From NCBI GenBank assembly GCA_028286945.1, contig JAQBQR010000005.1, positions 1 through 60,754 on the forward strand: a stretch of 60,754 bases of DNA, written 5' to 3'. This DNA is from Parcubacteria group bacterium (lineage in GTDB: Bacteria > Patescibacteriota > Minisyncoccia > Phycocordibacterales > Phycocordibacteraceae). Position numbers and translations under genes: made by a program. A model generated the notes under the pieces. It did no database searches. It saw nothing but the letters and a program-made list of their open reading frames with translations, and was not told the origin of the DNA. Shown piece after piece: positions 37,570-45,457 of this stretch (position 1 is the stretch's first letter; each line of letters begins with the position of its first letter).

Positions 37570-38496
37570 ATGAAGACCTCCGTACGTGTAGTAGTAAGTA
37601 TTGTCGTGCTGATTGGCGTTTTGGTTGCTGGGTTTTTCTTGATTGGGAAGTACCGTCCAGAAGGTGCTGAGGCTTCAGTTCGCACCACGGTTACCGCATT
37701 TGGAACTCAATTACAAAAAGTATCTTTGCTTGCGCCGAATGCCACTTCAACAATCGCAGACACGTATGGTCGCTATGTCGCGGCACCACTGCTCACTACT
37801 TGGGAGAGCGATCCCTCAAAAGCGCCGGGACGCAGCACTTCTAGCCCGTACCCAGATCATATTGATATTCAAAGTGTCACCGAAGGTGGAGACGAGTCGT
37901 ACATTGTTTCAGGCTCTATCATTCTCATGACGAGTAATGAGGTTGAACACGGAGGAAATGCAGGAATTATTCCCGTAACCCTAACGCTGCAGAAGCAGGA
38001 CGGTGCATGGAAAATTGTTTCCTACTCAGAAGGTGCGCCGCAAGCTGGCACTCCCGCTCCTGCAGCAAACACCGCAACTTCGTCACCGGTCACTCCAGCC
38101 CCCGGACCCGTTTCAGGCGGCACACACCCAAAGCCACCGGTTCCAGCACCTACACCCACGCCCTCACATCTTTCGATAAGTTCCATTAGTCCCTCATCAG
38201 GTCCCACAGGAACATACGTCACACTCCACGGAACAGGATTTACCTCCGGCAGTCAGGTTGTCGTTGAAAACGGGCGCGGTGCTATTTCAAACGTACAGGT
38301 GAATGCTTCAGGTACCGTTCTTACGTTCAGCATGCCAAGCAGCGTTGGTGCGTACTGTAAGCCTGGTCAGGCCTGTCCAATGTATGCACTTCTCCTAAAG
38401 TCTGGAGTGCACAGCCTTTCAGTACGTAACCTCGATGACACCACAAGCAATTCCGTACAGTTTACCCTTACGTCTTCAGAATCAGATATTTATTAA
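37570..38496 (+). CDS. Membrane-anchored surface protein with Pro-rich linker and IPT/TIG-like domain
   Basis: N-terminal TM; ISSISPSSGPTGTYVTLHGTGF. Confidence 0.75.
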   Translation: MKTSVRVVVSIVVLIGVLVAGFFLIGKYRPEGAEASVRTTVTAFGTQLQKVSLLAPNATSTIADTYGRYVAAPLLTTWESDPSKAPGRSTSSPYPDHIDIQSVTEGGDESYIVSGSIILMTSNEVEHGGNAGIIPVTLTLQKQDGAWKIVSYSEGAPQAGTPAPAANTATSSPVTPAPGPVSGGTHPKPPVPAPTPTPSHLSISSISPSSGPTGTYVTLHGTGFTSGSQVVVENGRGAISNVQVNASGTVLTFSMPSSVGAYCKPGQACPMYALLLKSGVHSLSVRNLDDTTSNSVQFTLTSSESDIY

Positions 38497-38512
38497 CTTA
38501 GGGTATAAGTCC

Positions 38513-39373
38513 TTAGTTGTTATCGTGTGCGACGATGAATGCCGCAATCTGATCAGCAACGCGGTGCCAAAGTGCCCATGCTGCGTCCATGAAATCGTGG
38601 AGGACCGCTACGTGATGATACCCAAGCCATAGGAGGAAGCTAAGAATAACTATCGACCAAAGTCCACCCATAGGACTGTGACGGTATCGTTTTTGCTGGC
38701 GCCATTCATTGCGTTTCCATGCCTTATGCTGGCGGGACTGGTGCTTCATTTCTTTTCGCCAATCCTTTAATTGCTTCCTCCAAACGGTGCCCCGCGCACC
38801 TAAATTTGCATACTCAGCTTTTGCACGAGCGATGACCTCTTCAGCATTGAAGGGAGTGCCACCTGCAGCAGCTTGTTCTTCTTGCGTACGAGCGGGCGGA
38901 ATGATCATCCAAGCGATGACATATACCCCTACGAAAGCGCCGGAGGTAAGAACGGCGAGCGCAACGAAAACAATGCGGACAATGGTAACGTCGATATCAA
39001 AATAAGTTGCAACTCCGTTCGCCACACCGCCGATATATTCACCTTTTTCAACACGATATAGACGCTTTGGTCCTTGTGCTGATTGTTTGTGCGCAGAGTC
39101 TGAAGAGTCAGACGTTGAATCACCACTCACCGGACCCATCTCGCGGATGATCGTTTGAACTTCTTCTTCACTAACCACCGACTTATGCGCAGAGAGGTAG
39201 CGGCTTATCTTGTCCGCAATGGCCTGCTCGAGGTCTGCAATGATTTCGGCCTGGTCTGGATTATCTGCCAGTCCTTCTTTGGCCTCAGCGAGGTATGCAG
39301 AAAGAGCGATGAATCCTGGTTCTTCAACCTGGTATGCATTTCCGTTGAGATTTATGCCGATTACTTTGTTCAT
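38513..39373 (-). CDS. PspC domain-containing protein
   Basis: KRLYR...IGGVANGVATYFDIDVTIVRIVF...YVIAWMIIP. Confidence 0.9.
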   Translation of the reverse strand: MNKVIGINLNGNAYQVEEPGFIALSAYLAEAKEGLADNPDQAEIIADLEQAIADKISRYLSAHKSVVSEEEVQTIIREMGPVSGDSTSDSSDSAHKQSAQGPKRLYRVEKGEYIGGVANGVATYFDIDVTIVRIVFVALAVLTSGAFVGVYVIAWMIIPPARTQEEQAAAGGTPFNAEEVIARAKAEYANLGARGTVWRKQLKDWRKEMKHQSRQHKAWKRNEWRQQKRYRHSPMGGLWSIVILSFLLWLGYHHVAVLHDFMDAAWALWHRVADQIAAFIVAHDNN

Positions 39374-39385
39374 AGGTGCGGTGGG

Positions 39386-39715
39386 TTAGCGCGAAGCGCC
39401 GAGTGATTTGATGGTAGTAATGAGTTTCTTCCAATACGCCTCGGTCTCTTTAAGTTCCTGAGTTCCTTTTGCCGTGAGGCGGTAGTACTTTCGAGGTGGA
39501 CCGTTTTCTGATTCGCGCCATTCATACTCAAGCATTCCTTCGCGACGGAGTTTCGAGAGAAGGGGATAGAGGGTCCCTTCTTGAGTTTGAAAGTCGGTGG
39601 CAGAAAGACGCCCAAGAATATCTGCGGCATACGCTTCTTCAGCGCTAATAACATTCAACACCGCGAACTCGAGGAGTCCTTTGCGGAGTGAAGCGAATCG
39701 TTCGGTTGTTTCCAT
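39386..39715 (-). CDS. PadR-family transcriptional regulator
   Basis: LRKGLLEF, EGTLYPLL, GPPRKYYRLT.KG; ATG 39715. Confidence 0.92.
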   Translation of the reverse strand: METTERFASLRKGLLEFAVLNVISAEEAYAADILGRLSATDFQTQEGTLYPLLSKLRREGMLEYEWRESENGPPRKYYRLTAKGTQELKETEAYWKKLITTIKSLGASR

Positions 39716-39740
39716 AATTAGAGACGCAAGGACATTGGAA

Positions 39741-39785
39741 GGTACCTTGCTCAGTAAAGGTACCATGGAGAATATAGGAGTGCAA
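39741..39785 (-). promoter_or_regulatory. padR promoter with overlapping palindromic operator
   Basis: TTGCAC-17-TACCTT; perfect 8-bp IR GGTACCTT-N8-AAGGTACC at 39741-39764. Confidence 0.7.
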
Positions 39786-39819
39786 GCCTCTGTGCATACG
39801 TGTGGATAGCGGGGGAGGG

Positions 39820-40569
39820 CTATTTTTGATCAATCGGACACCAATAACTCCAGCGCTCACGCTTTCCGGTCTTTGCGCGAATAATCTTGTTCCCGCAATG
39901 GGGACAGACGCCTTTTTGATAAATGGCGTAGTGCTTACGAAGTACGAACTTACGCTTCCAGGCGAGAAACTGTTTTGAATACGTTCGAGTCCTGGCCACA
40001 AGGGAGGTGAGTTGTTTGTCCGAGAGGTCTTTTATCAAATGCTGCGGGGCAATGCGTTCTAGCGAAAGTACTTCATTCTTAATAATGTTTCCCACACCAG
40101 CGAAGATCTCTTGGTCAAGTAGGGCATCATCAACCTCTTCGTTCGGCTGCTGTTTCAGAAGTTCCTTAACACGGGCCCCGTCCCACTTCGGCGACATAAT
40201 ATCTATGGAATAGTCATAGTCCCGTTTTGCATGCGCGGTCTCAAGTATTTTCACTGAACAGCTATACATGTTCACCACGCCGTTCTCGAACGTAAATGCA
40301 AGACGCGGCTCGCGGCTGCGGCGGTAGTCACCCGTAACCCACTCGCCCTCAACCTGAGCTTCATACGTTCCGAAGAGCATGAAATGGATGCGTACTGCGA
40401 ATGTATCGAATTGGAATACCAGGTGTTTGCCCCACGAAAAAATATCCTTTACTTCCTTCCCAACAAACTGATCCGTACCGAGCTTAGTGTTGCCGGCTGC
40501 AGACAGAATCTGTTTCTTTTTAAATGGTTTGAGATGTTCCTGAGCTAAGAAGAGGGAGGGGCCTTCCAT
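39820..40569 (-). CDS. Fpg/Nei-family DNA glycosylase
   Basis: MEGP start, WGKHL, IHFMLFG, LLDQEIFAGVGNIIKNE, C-terminal zinc finger CPHC...CPIDQ. Confidence 0.88.
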   Translation of the reverse strand: MEGPSLFLAQEHLKPFKKKQILSAAGNTKLGTDQFVGKEVKDIFSWGKHLVFQFDTFAVRIHFMLFGTYEAQVEGEWVTGDYRRSREPRLAFTFENGVVNMYSCSVKILETAHAKRDYDYSIDIMSPKWDGARVKELLKQQPNEEVDDALLDQEIFAGVGNIIKNEVLSLERIAPQHLIKDLSDKQLTSLVARTRTYSKQFLAWKRKFVLRKHYAIYQKGVCPHCGNKIIRAKTGKRERWSYWCPIDQK

Positions 40570-40679
40570 ATGCGTATCTAATACCTCTATGAATGAAGAC
40601 CAGCTGAAGCTTGAGTACAGGATGCCGCACTTGCACATCTGGAGAAGTCGATGAAGAAATAATACTTTATACTTCTCAC

Positions 40680-41165
40680 ATGAAATCAATCATAAACATC
40701 TCAGATATTGAGCAACAGGCTAGTCCTAGTCCCGTGCCAGACAATTTAAAAGATAAATACGAGGGAGCAACGATGGGATTCATCGGCTCACAGATTGGCG
40801 CGCAGAAGCTTGGATACAACATAACCGTGGTACCTTCCGGAAAGCGAGCATTTCCATTTCATAATCATTACGCGAATGAAGAAATGTTCTTCATCCTTGA
40901 AGGAGAGGGTGAGGTGCGCATGGGTACAGAACAGCACCCCATAAAGAAAGGAGACTTCATTGCTTCGCCAGCTGGGACAGGCGTTGAACATGCGCACCAG
41001 ATAATTAATACATCGGATGCAGAGCTAAAATATTTGGCGGTGTCCACAAAGATCTCTCCAGAATTGGCTGAATACCCTGACAGCGGTAAGTTTGGCGTCC
41101 TTGCTGAGAATTTCCGCTTCGTCGGCAACGCGAAAGATTCCTTGGACTATTGGGAAGGGAATTAA
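40680..41165 (+). CDS. Cupin domain protein
   Basis: PFHNH..NEEMFFILEGEG, AHQIIN, EYPDSGK; ATG 40680. Confidence 0.9.
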   Translation: MKSIINISDIEQQASPSPVPDNLKDKYEGATMGFIGSQIGAQKLGYNITVVPSGKRAFPFHNHYANEEMFFILEGEGEVRMGTEQHPIKKGDFIASPAGTGVEHAHQIINTSDAELKYLAVSTKISPELAEYPDSGKFGVLAENFRFVGNAKDSLDYWEGN

Positions 41166-41243
41166 TGTAATGCGCAAAAAAGTATAAAAGGAGGGCCCGG
41201 CTGCGCATGCGCAACCGGGCCCCAGCCTTTCCTCACGCACGCC

Positions 41244-42647
41244 TCACGGCGTTTGCTTGGAAAGGAAATATTCGACGAACAGGGAGACGCCCGCTCCCAT
41301 CGAGCCCGGCGCCAGGTGCTCGTCGGGGAACACCTGCACCATACGCGGTGCGATGTCCAGGTGTGCGTAGTTCTCAGCGAACCCAGCCTTCTCCGCAAAG
41401 CGATGAAGGAACCAGGCCGCTGAACTGGCTCCGCCGCTTTTGCCGGACATACAGGCATTGGCGATGTCGGCCTGCGTGCTCCTCAGATAGTGAGCGTAGC
41501 GAGGGCCGAGAGGAAGTTCCCAGAGCGGGTCGAACCCAGCCTCGCCGGCCGTGATCAGATCACGAAGAAGGGTCTTGTTCGTGCTGAACACGCCGCTGTA
41601 CGCATCACCGAGCGCAATGTGCGCCGCGCCGGTCAGCGTGGCGATGTCGATCACCGTGTCCGGGCAATAACGCTTGGCGTACCAAAGCGCATCCGCCAAG
41701 ATGAGCCGGCCTTCAGCGTCGGTGTTGGTCACCTCGACCGAAATGCCTGCCGCCGTTTCGATGATGTCGTCGGGGCGGTAGGAATCGCCGTCCACGCTAT
41801 TTTCGACCGCAGGTATCAAGCCAACGACGTTCACTCGTGCCTTCAGCTGGGAAAGCGCCTGGATGGTCTTGAGGACCGTCACGCCTCCGGATTTGTCCCG
41901 GTGCATGCCAGGCATGTTATCCGACGACTTCATGCTGTTGCCACCGGTGTCGTAGCAGACACCCTTGCCGATGATGACATCCTGTATATCGTTGTCAGGC
42001 TTGCCACTGTATTCGATCACGATGAGTCGAGGCCCGTGCGTACCCCTGGCACCCCGGCCGACGGCGCGGATGAGATTGAGATCTTCACGTTTCAGGCCTT
42101 GATCCTCAAGAACGCGCACGGTGATATTCGCTTCGGACGCTGCCATCTTGTGCGCACACCGTGCGAGCTCTGCCGGCGTTGCAATGTTTGCCGGTGTGTT
42201 CGAAAGCGTCCGCGCCTCGTTGACGCACTGCCCGATGACCGTCCCTTCCTGGACGCCAGCGAGAAACGCTTCATCATCGCCGATGAGATTGATACGCATC
42301 GGCGCCTGACCATTCGTCAGATAGTCGTCGAAGACATAGGCGCCCATCAACGCCCCGCGCGCCATCATCTTGCCAAGCGAACGCTCGCTAAACAGCGTAC
42401 GGTCGAGCATTATAAAGTCGGCGGAATTGAGCTGAATCGCGGGGAGTTTGAAACTCACCGCGGCGCGCACTGCTTGGCGCACCACACGCTCTACCTCCCA
42501 TGGTCCAGCGCCGATATTGACTTGCAGTTCACTGACGGCGATGCCATCAGTGCGAACCAGCGAAGCCGGCAGTTCGCTCCCCATGGTGAGGGAAACGACT
42601 GCCACGCCCTCTGCCGGAGCAGCAGACGTGTTGATCTCGATTTGCAT
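41244..42647 (-). CDS. pepA: M17 leucyl aminopeptidase
   Basis: GKGVCYDTGG, NTDAEGRLILAD, DIATLTGA, AHLDIA; SD AGAAAGG; own TTGACG-17-TACAGT promoter. Confidence 0.88.
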   Translation of the reverse strand: MQIEINTSAAPAEGVAVVSLTMGSELPASLVRTDGIAVSELQVNIGAGPWEVERVVRQAVRAAVSFKLPAIQLNSADFIMLDRTLFSERSLGKMMARGALMGAYVFDDYLTNGQAPMRINLIGDDEAFLAGVQEGTVIGQCVNEARTLSNTPANIATPAELARCAHKMAASEANITVRVLEDQGLKREDLNLIRAVGRGARGTHGPRLIVIEYSGKPDNDIQDVIIGKGVCYDTGGNSMKSSDNMPGMHRDKSGGVTVLKTIQALSQLKARVNVVGLIPAVENSVDGDSYRPDDIIETAAGISVEVTNTDAEGRLILADALWYAKRYCPDTVIDIATLTGAAHIALGDAYSGVFSTNKTLLRDLITAGEAGFDPLWELPLGPRYAHYLRSTQADIANACMSGKSGGASSAAWFLHRFAEKAGFAENYAHLDIAPRMVQVFPDEHLAPGSMGAGVSLFVEYFLSKQTP

Positions 42648-42755
42648 GATCTGTACCTTTCTGACGTTAAACGTCAATGAGCATGATTCGGAATGTTCCG
42701 AACCTTCAAACCCTAGTGCGGACTGTACCTTCTTTATGAAGAAGCGTCAAAATAG

Positions 42756-43553
42756 CTATTTCTCCGCAGTCATAAGTTCTCGAAGTATCTGGTTTCCGTC
42801 GATAACGCGCGAATTATCCTGCACATAGTGAATGAGTGAGAGAAGCATTTTCTGTATATGAGAATGTTTAATTTCGATAACCAGTGCTTCTTCCATACAA
42901 ATTAGATATACACTGTCCTTAAAGACGACCATCTCACCTTTGTTCTGGAAGTATGATTCATCAATTTCGTTGACTCGAGTGGTTCGACCCTCAAAGTGCT
43001 TTGCCCACTCCACACCCATCGTGGGTACAACACGCTGAAAGTGATCTTGAGGAACGATCACCTGCATTATCATGCGATGCTTTTTAATACTCTTGTTAAG
43101 CTCGTGGATCGTTTCGAGACCAATCAAATCACGCCACCCGTCGTATACATTTGCGCCTTGAATGCCGATACACGTTTCTCCCACATGTTCTTGATAAATG
43201 AATCGCATTAACTCGATGATAGTTTTCTTACCTCGGTATACTTTCACCTCAATATTTTTCTCTTCATAGAGAAGCTCTTTTTCTTCTTTTGATCCAAGGA
43301 GTGCCGAACGTGCCGTCTCGAAGACTCTATTGATTTGAGAAGGGTTTGCGATGTGCCAGAAACGCTTACCTTTCAGTGTTCCGGAAGTGATAAGACCTTG
43401 TTCTTCTAATTGATTGAGAATCGCATAAATTGCGGGGCGAGAAATTCCTGTTTCATTAGATATCGCTACAGGAGTGGGCAGCCCATCCTTAACGGCAGAG
43501 AGGACCTTTGAAGCAGAAGGGGAGAGCCCAAAAAGGGCAAAAGGATGTTTCAT
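42756..43553 (-). CDS. TrmB-family HTH transcriptional regulator
   Basis: FGLSPS...ISNETGISRPAIYAILNQLEEQGLI; VKVYRG; VIEI. Confidence 0.8.
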   Translation of the reverse strand: MKHPFALFGLSPSASKVLSAVKDGLPTPVAISNETGISRPAIYAILNQLEEQGLITSGTLKGKRFWHIANPSQINRVFETARSALLGSKEEKELLYEEKNIEVKVYRGKKTIIELMRFIYQEHVGETCIGIQGANVYDGWRDLIGLETIHELNKSIKKHRMIMQVIVPQDHFQRVVPTMGVEWAKHFEGRTTRVNEIDESYFQNKGEMVVFKDSVYLICMEEALVIEIKHSHIQKMLLSLIHYVQDNSRVIDGNQILRELMTAEK

Positions 43554-43582
43554 TTTTTGAATCTACCCTTTTTAACAAAAAG

Positions 43583-43600
43583 TGTAAAGTTTTCTCTACA
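43583..43600. promoter_or_regulatory. Candidate operator between regulator and radical SAM gene
   Basis: Imperfect palindrome TGTAAAG-TTTT-CTCTACA. Confidence 0.35.
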
Positions 43601-43714
43601 TAGGAAATGGCGTTTTAGAAGACTTTTGTGCGCACTTTTTACAATCTTTGTTTTGCGTGGTCTAAAAAAATACTCTGTATATGGAGTAACTGAAATTTGA
43701 AATGGGAGGCAGAA

Positions 43715-44689
43715 ATGCGGAAACTAGATGAACTCTATGCAACGTTCGTGCTTCCGGCATTGGACTGCAACTTGAACTGCGCGTACTGCGTAATCAAACA
43801 ACGCAATGAGGCGAGTACATCCGAACTAACTGCCGAAGACTACATTCGATTCTTCAAGGAGATTCTTATTGACCTTAAAATCCGGCGGTTCAGCATCCAA
43901 GGGTACGAACCTCTTCTACCGGAGACGTGGCCGCTTACGAAGGAACTCCTTCAAATCGCAGGAGCATTCTTCTGCGAGTCGTCAGTCATTACGAACGGCA
44001 CATATCTGGCCGAGCATGCACAGGAGCTCGGCAGTTTTCCTGGCCTGGTGGATTCGCTCACGGTTTCCCTTGATGGCGACCGTGCGGAGGTTCACGACAA
44101 GCTGCGCAGAACGACGGGATGCTTTGACGCAGCGCTGGGTGGTCTACGCGCTGTCTCGAGGGAATTCAGAGGAATACTTATGGTGAACTCTGTGCTCTTT
44201 CCTGGAAAGACTGACTATCTGGCACGTATGCCGGAACTTCTTAGTCAGGTGGGGGTACGCGAATGGGCTATCTCTCCGTATATACACGTGGGCAAGAAAA
44301 CTAAAGTACCGAACCAAGTACAGATGCGGGAAGATCTTCTATACCTGACAGGGAAAGCCAGCATTTACGGAATCAAGGTCTATCTTTCCGACGAGCTTCG
44401 TCGCATGGATGGTACTGATCTCTACAAAGACTTCTATGTGCGAGGGCTCGGCGTGGACGAAGGAATCTTCCGGCTTTCACCTGACGGTTCCTGTTCGCGA
44501 GGCCAGGAGATACTGACCACTTCGAAGACTTCGCCAATGTGGGATCGCACAGAAGCCCCCGCAGCATTCTTGAGGCGTATCTTCGCAGAAAAGGATTGGG
44601 ATATGCAGCGGCGAAATGTATTTGCCCGAACGATCCGCCGATGGCACGCTCACTCGCAGTTTCGTCAATATTGGAAAGGAGGTGATTAG
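43715..44689 (+). CDS. Radical SAM protein, putative peptide maturase
   Basis: CNLNCAYC (CxxxCxxC), QGYEPLL, ITNG, VSLDG...HDKLR; SD GGGAGG before ATG 43715. Confidence 0.9.
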   Translation: MRKLDELYATFVLPALDCNLNCAYCVIKQRNEASTSELTAEDYIRFFKEILIDLKIRRFSIQGYEPLLPETWPLTKELLQIAGAFFCESSVITNGTYLAEHAQELGSFPGLVDSLTVSLDGDRAEVHDKLRRTTGCFDAALGGLRAVSREFRGILMVNSVLFPGKTDYLARMPELLSQVGVREWAISPYIHVGKKTKVPNQVQMREDLLYLTGKASIYGIKVYLSDELRRMDGTDLYKDFYVRGLGVDEGIFRLSPDGSCSRGQEILTTSKTSPMWDRTEAPAAFLRRIFAEKDWDMQRRNVFARTIRRWHAHSQFRQYWKGGD

Positions 44690-44690
44690 T

Positions 44691-44780
44691 ATGGGTGCGC
44701 TCTATGCCGGAGGTCTCGCACGCAAGAGAAGCTGGAAACAGTTTTTGCGTCGAGCCTTTCGGTTCTTCAAGGCGCAATAG
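44691..44780 (+). CDS. 29-aa cationic peptide 1, MGALYAGGLARKRSWKQFLRRAFRFFKAQ
   Basis: SD AAAGGAGGTG; starts 1 nt after the radical SAM stop; paralogous to next two. Confidence 0.8.
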   Translation: MGALYAGGLARKRSWKQFLRRAFRFFKAQ

Positions 44781-44813
44781 TATTCACACTTGGCATTAGA
44801 AAGGAGTATCAAC

Positions 44814-44903
44814 GTGGTTGCAGGATACTCAGGACGGCTGAAAAGTCGCCCGAGCCTGGGTTCGTTCGTCCGCAGAGTCTTCCGGTTCTTTCGGGAGCTC
44901 TAG
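44814..44903 (+). CDS. 29-aa cationic peptide 2, MVAGYSGRLKSRPSLGSFVRRVFRFFREL
   Basis: SD AGAAAGGAG, GTG start; same length and motif as peptide 1. Confidence 0.78.
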   Translation: MVAGYSGRLKSRPSLGSFVRRVFRFFREL

Positions 44904-44933
44904 GCGAATCATTCAAGAGAGGAGGTGGTCTCA

Positions 44934-45022
44934 ATTAGTGCGATCTACAGCGGTGAACTGGTGAGCCGGTCGACCTTTGTTCGATCCTTCGCCGGTTCGC
45001 CCGCCTTATGAGGTCGTTATAA
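44934..45022 (+). pseudogene. Peptide 3, ATT start and 1-nt frameshift; restored ISAIYSGELVSRSTFVxILRRFARLMRSL
   Basis: SD GGAGGT 7 nt upstream; 89 nt versus 90 nt for siblings; adding one base near 44981 restores the ungapped 29-aa alignment. Confidence 0.65.
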
Positions 45023-45084
45023 CTAACGACTAACATGATGACTGTGTCATCCGGGCCTGGTGCAGCCTGGGAACAGAATGCACC

Positions 45085-45110
45085 AACGCCCTCCTAGGAG
45101 GGCGTTTTTA
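45085..45110 (+). terminator. Terminator of radical SAM-peptide operon
   Basis: AACGCCCTC-CTAG-GAGGGCGTT-TTT. Confidence 0.85.
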
Positions 45111-45196
45111 TTTGTTTCAAACGCACTCTCATGAATTCATCATCTAGTGACTGATATATTTTCAACATACAAGCTAATAAAAATTACCTTCAATTT

Positions 45197-45448
45197 ATGT
45201 CAATTATTCTCTGGATCGTGCTCGGCGCTATTGCAGGCTGGATTGCCTCGATGATTATGCACACCAATAATCAGCAGGGGCTTCTACTCGACATCGTGGT
45301 GGGTATCGTAGGGGCGTTGATCGGAGGCTTCGTTATGAATGCTCTCGGCCAGGGAGGCGTAAGTGGCTTTAATCTCTACAGTTTGGTTGTGGCGATTCTA
45401 GGTGCGGTAATATTGCTCGCGATTGTGAAGCTCGCACGTCGCGCGTAG
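45197..45448 (+). CDS. GlsB/YeaQ/YmgE family stress membrane protein
   Basis: WIVLGAIAGWIAS...DIVVGIVGALIGG...AILGAVILL. Confidence 0.92.
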   Translation: MSIILWIVLGAIAGWIASMIMHTNNQQGLLLDIVVGIVGALIGGFVMNALGQGGVSGFNLYSLVVAILGAVILLAIVKLARRA

Positions 45449-45457
45449 ATAGGGTTC

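Noticed and set aside
41490..42680. 396-aa + strand ORF
   Set aside because: Antisense shadow of the GC-rich M17 aminopeptidase, which has all catalytic motifs.
43715..44689. Viperin-like, MoaA or PqqE assignment for the radical SAM protein
   Set aside because: Lacks the viperin CNYxCxFCF context, the MoaA/PqqE C-terminal Cys clusters and their pathway neighbours.
44691..45022. Peptides as type I toxins or splicease (YG) substrates
   Set aside because: They are amphipathic and basic without a continuous TM stretch, are operonic with an enzyme, and have Y-x-G rather than adjacent YG. Not fully excluded.
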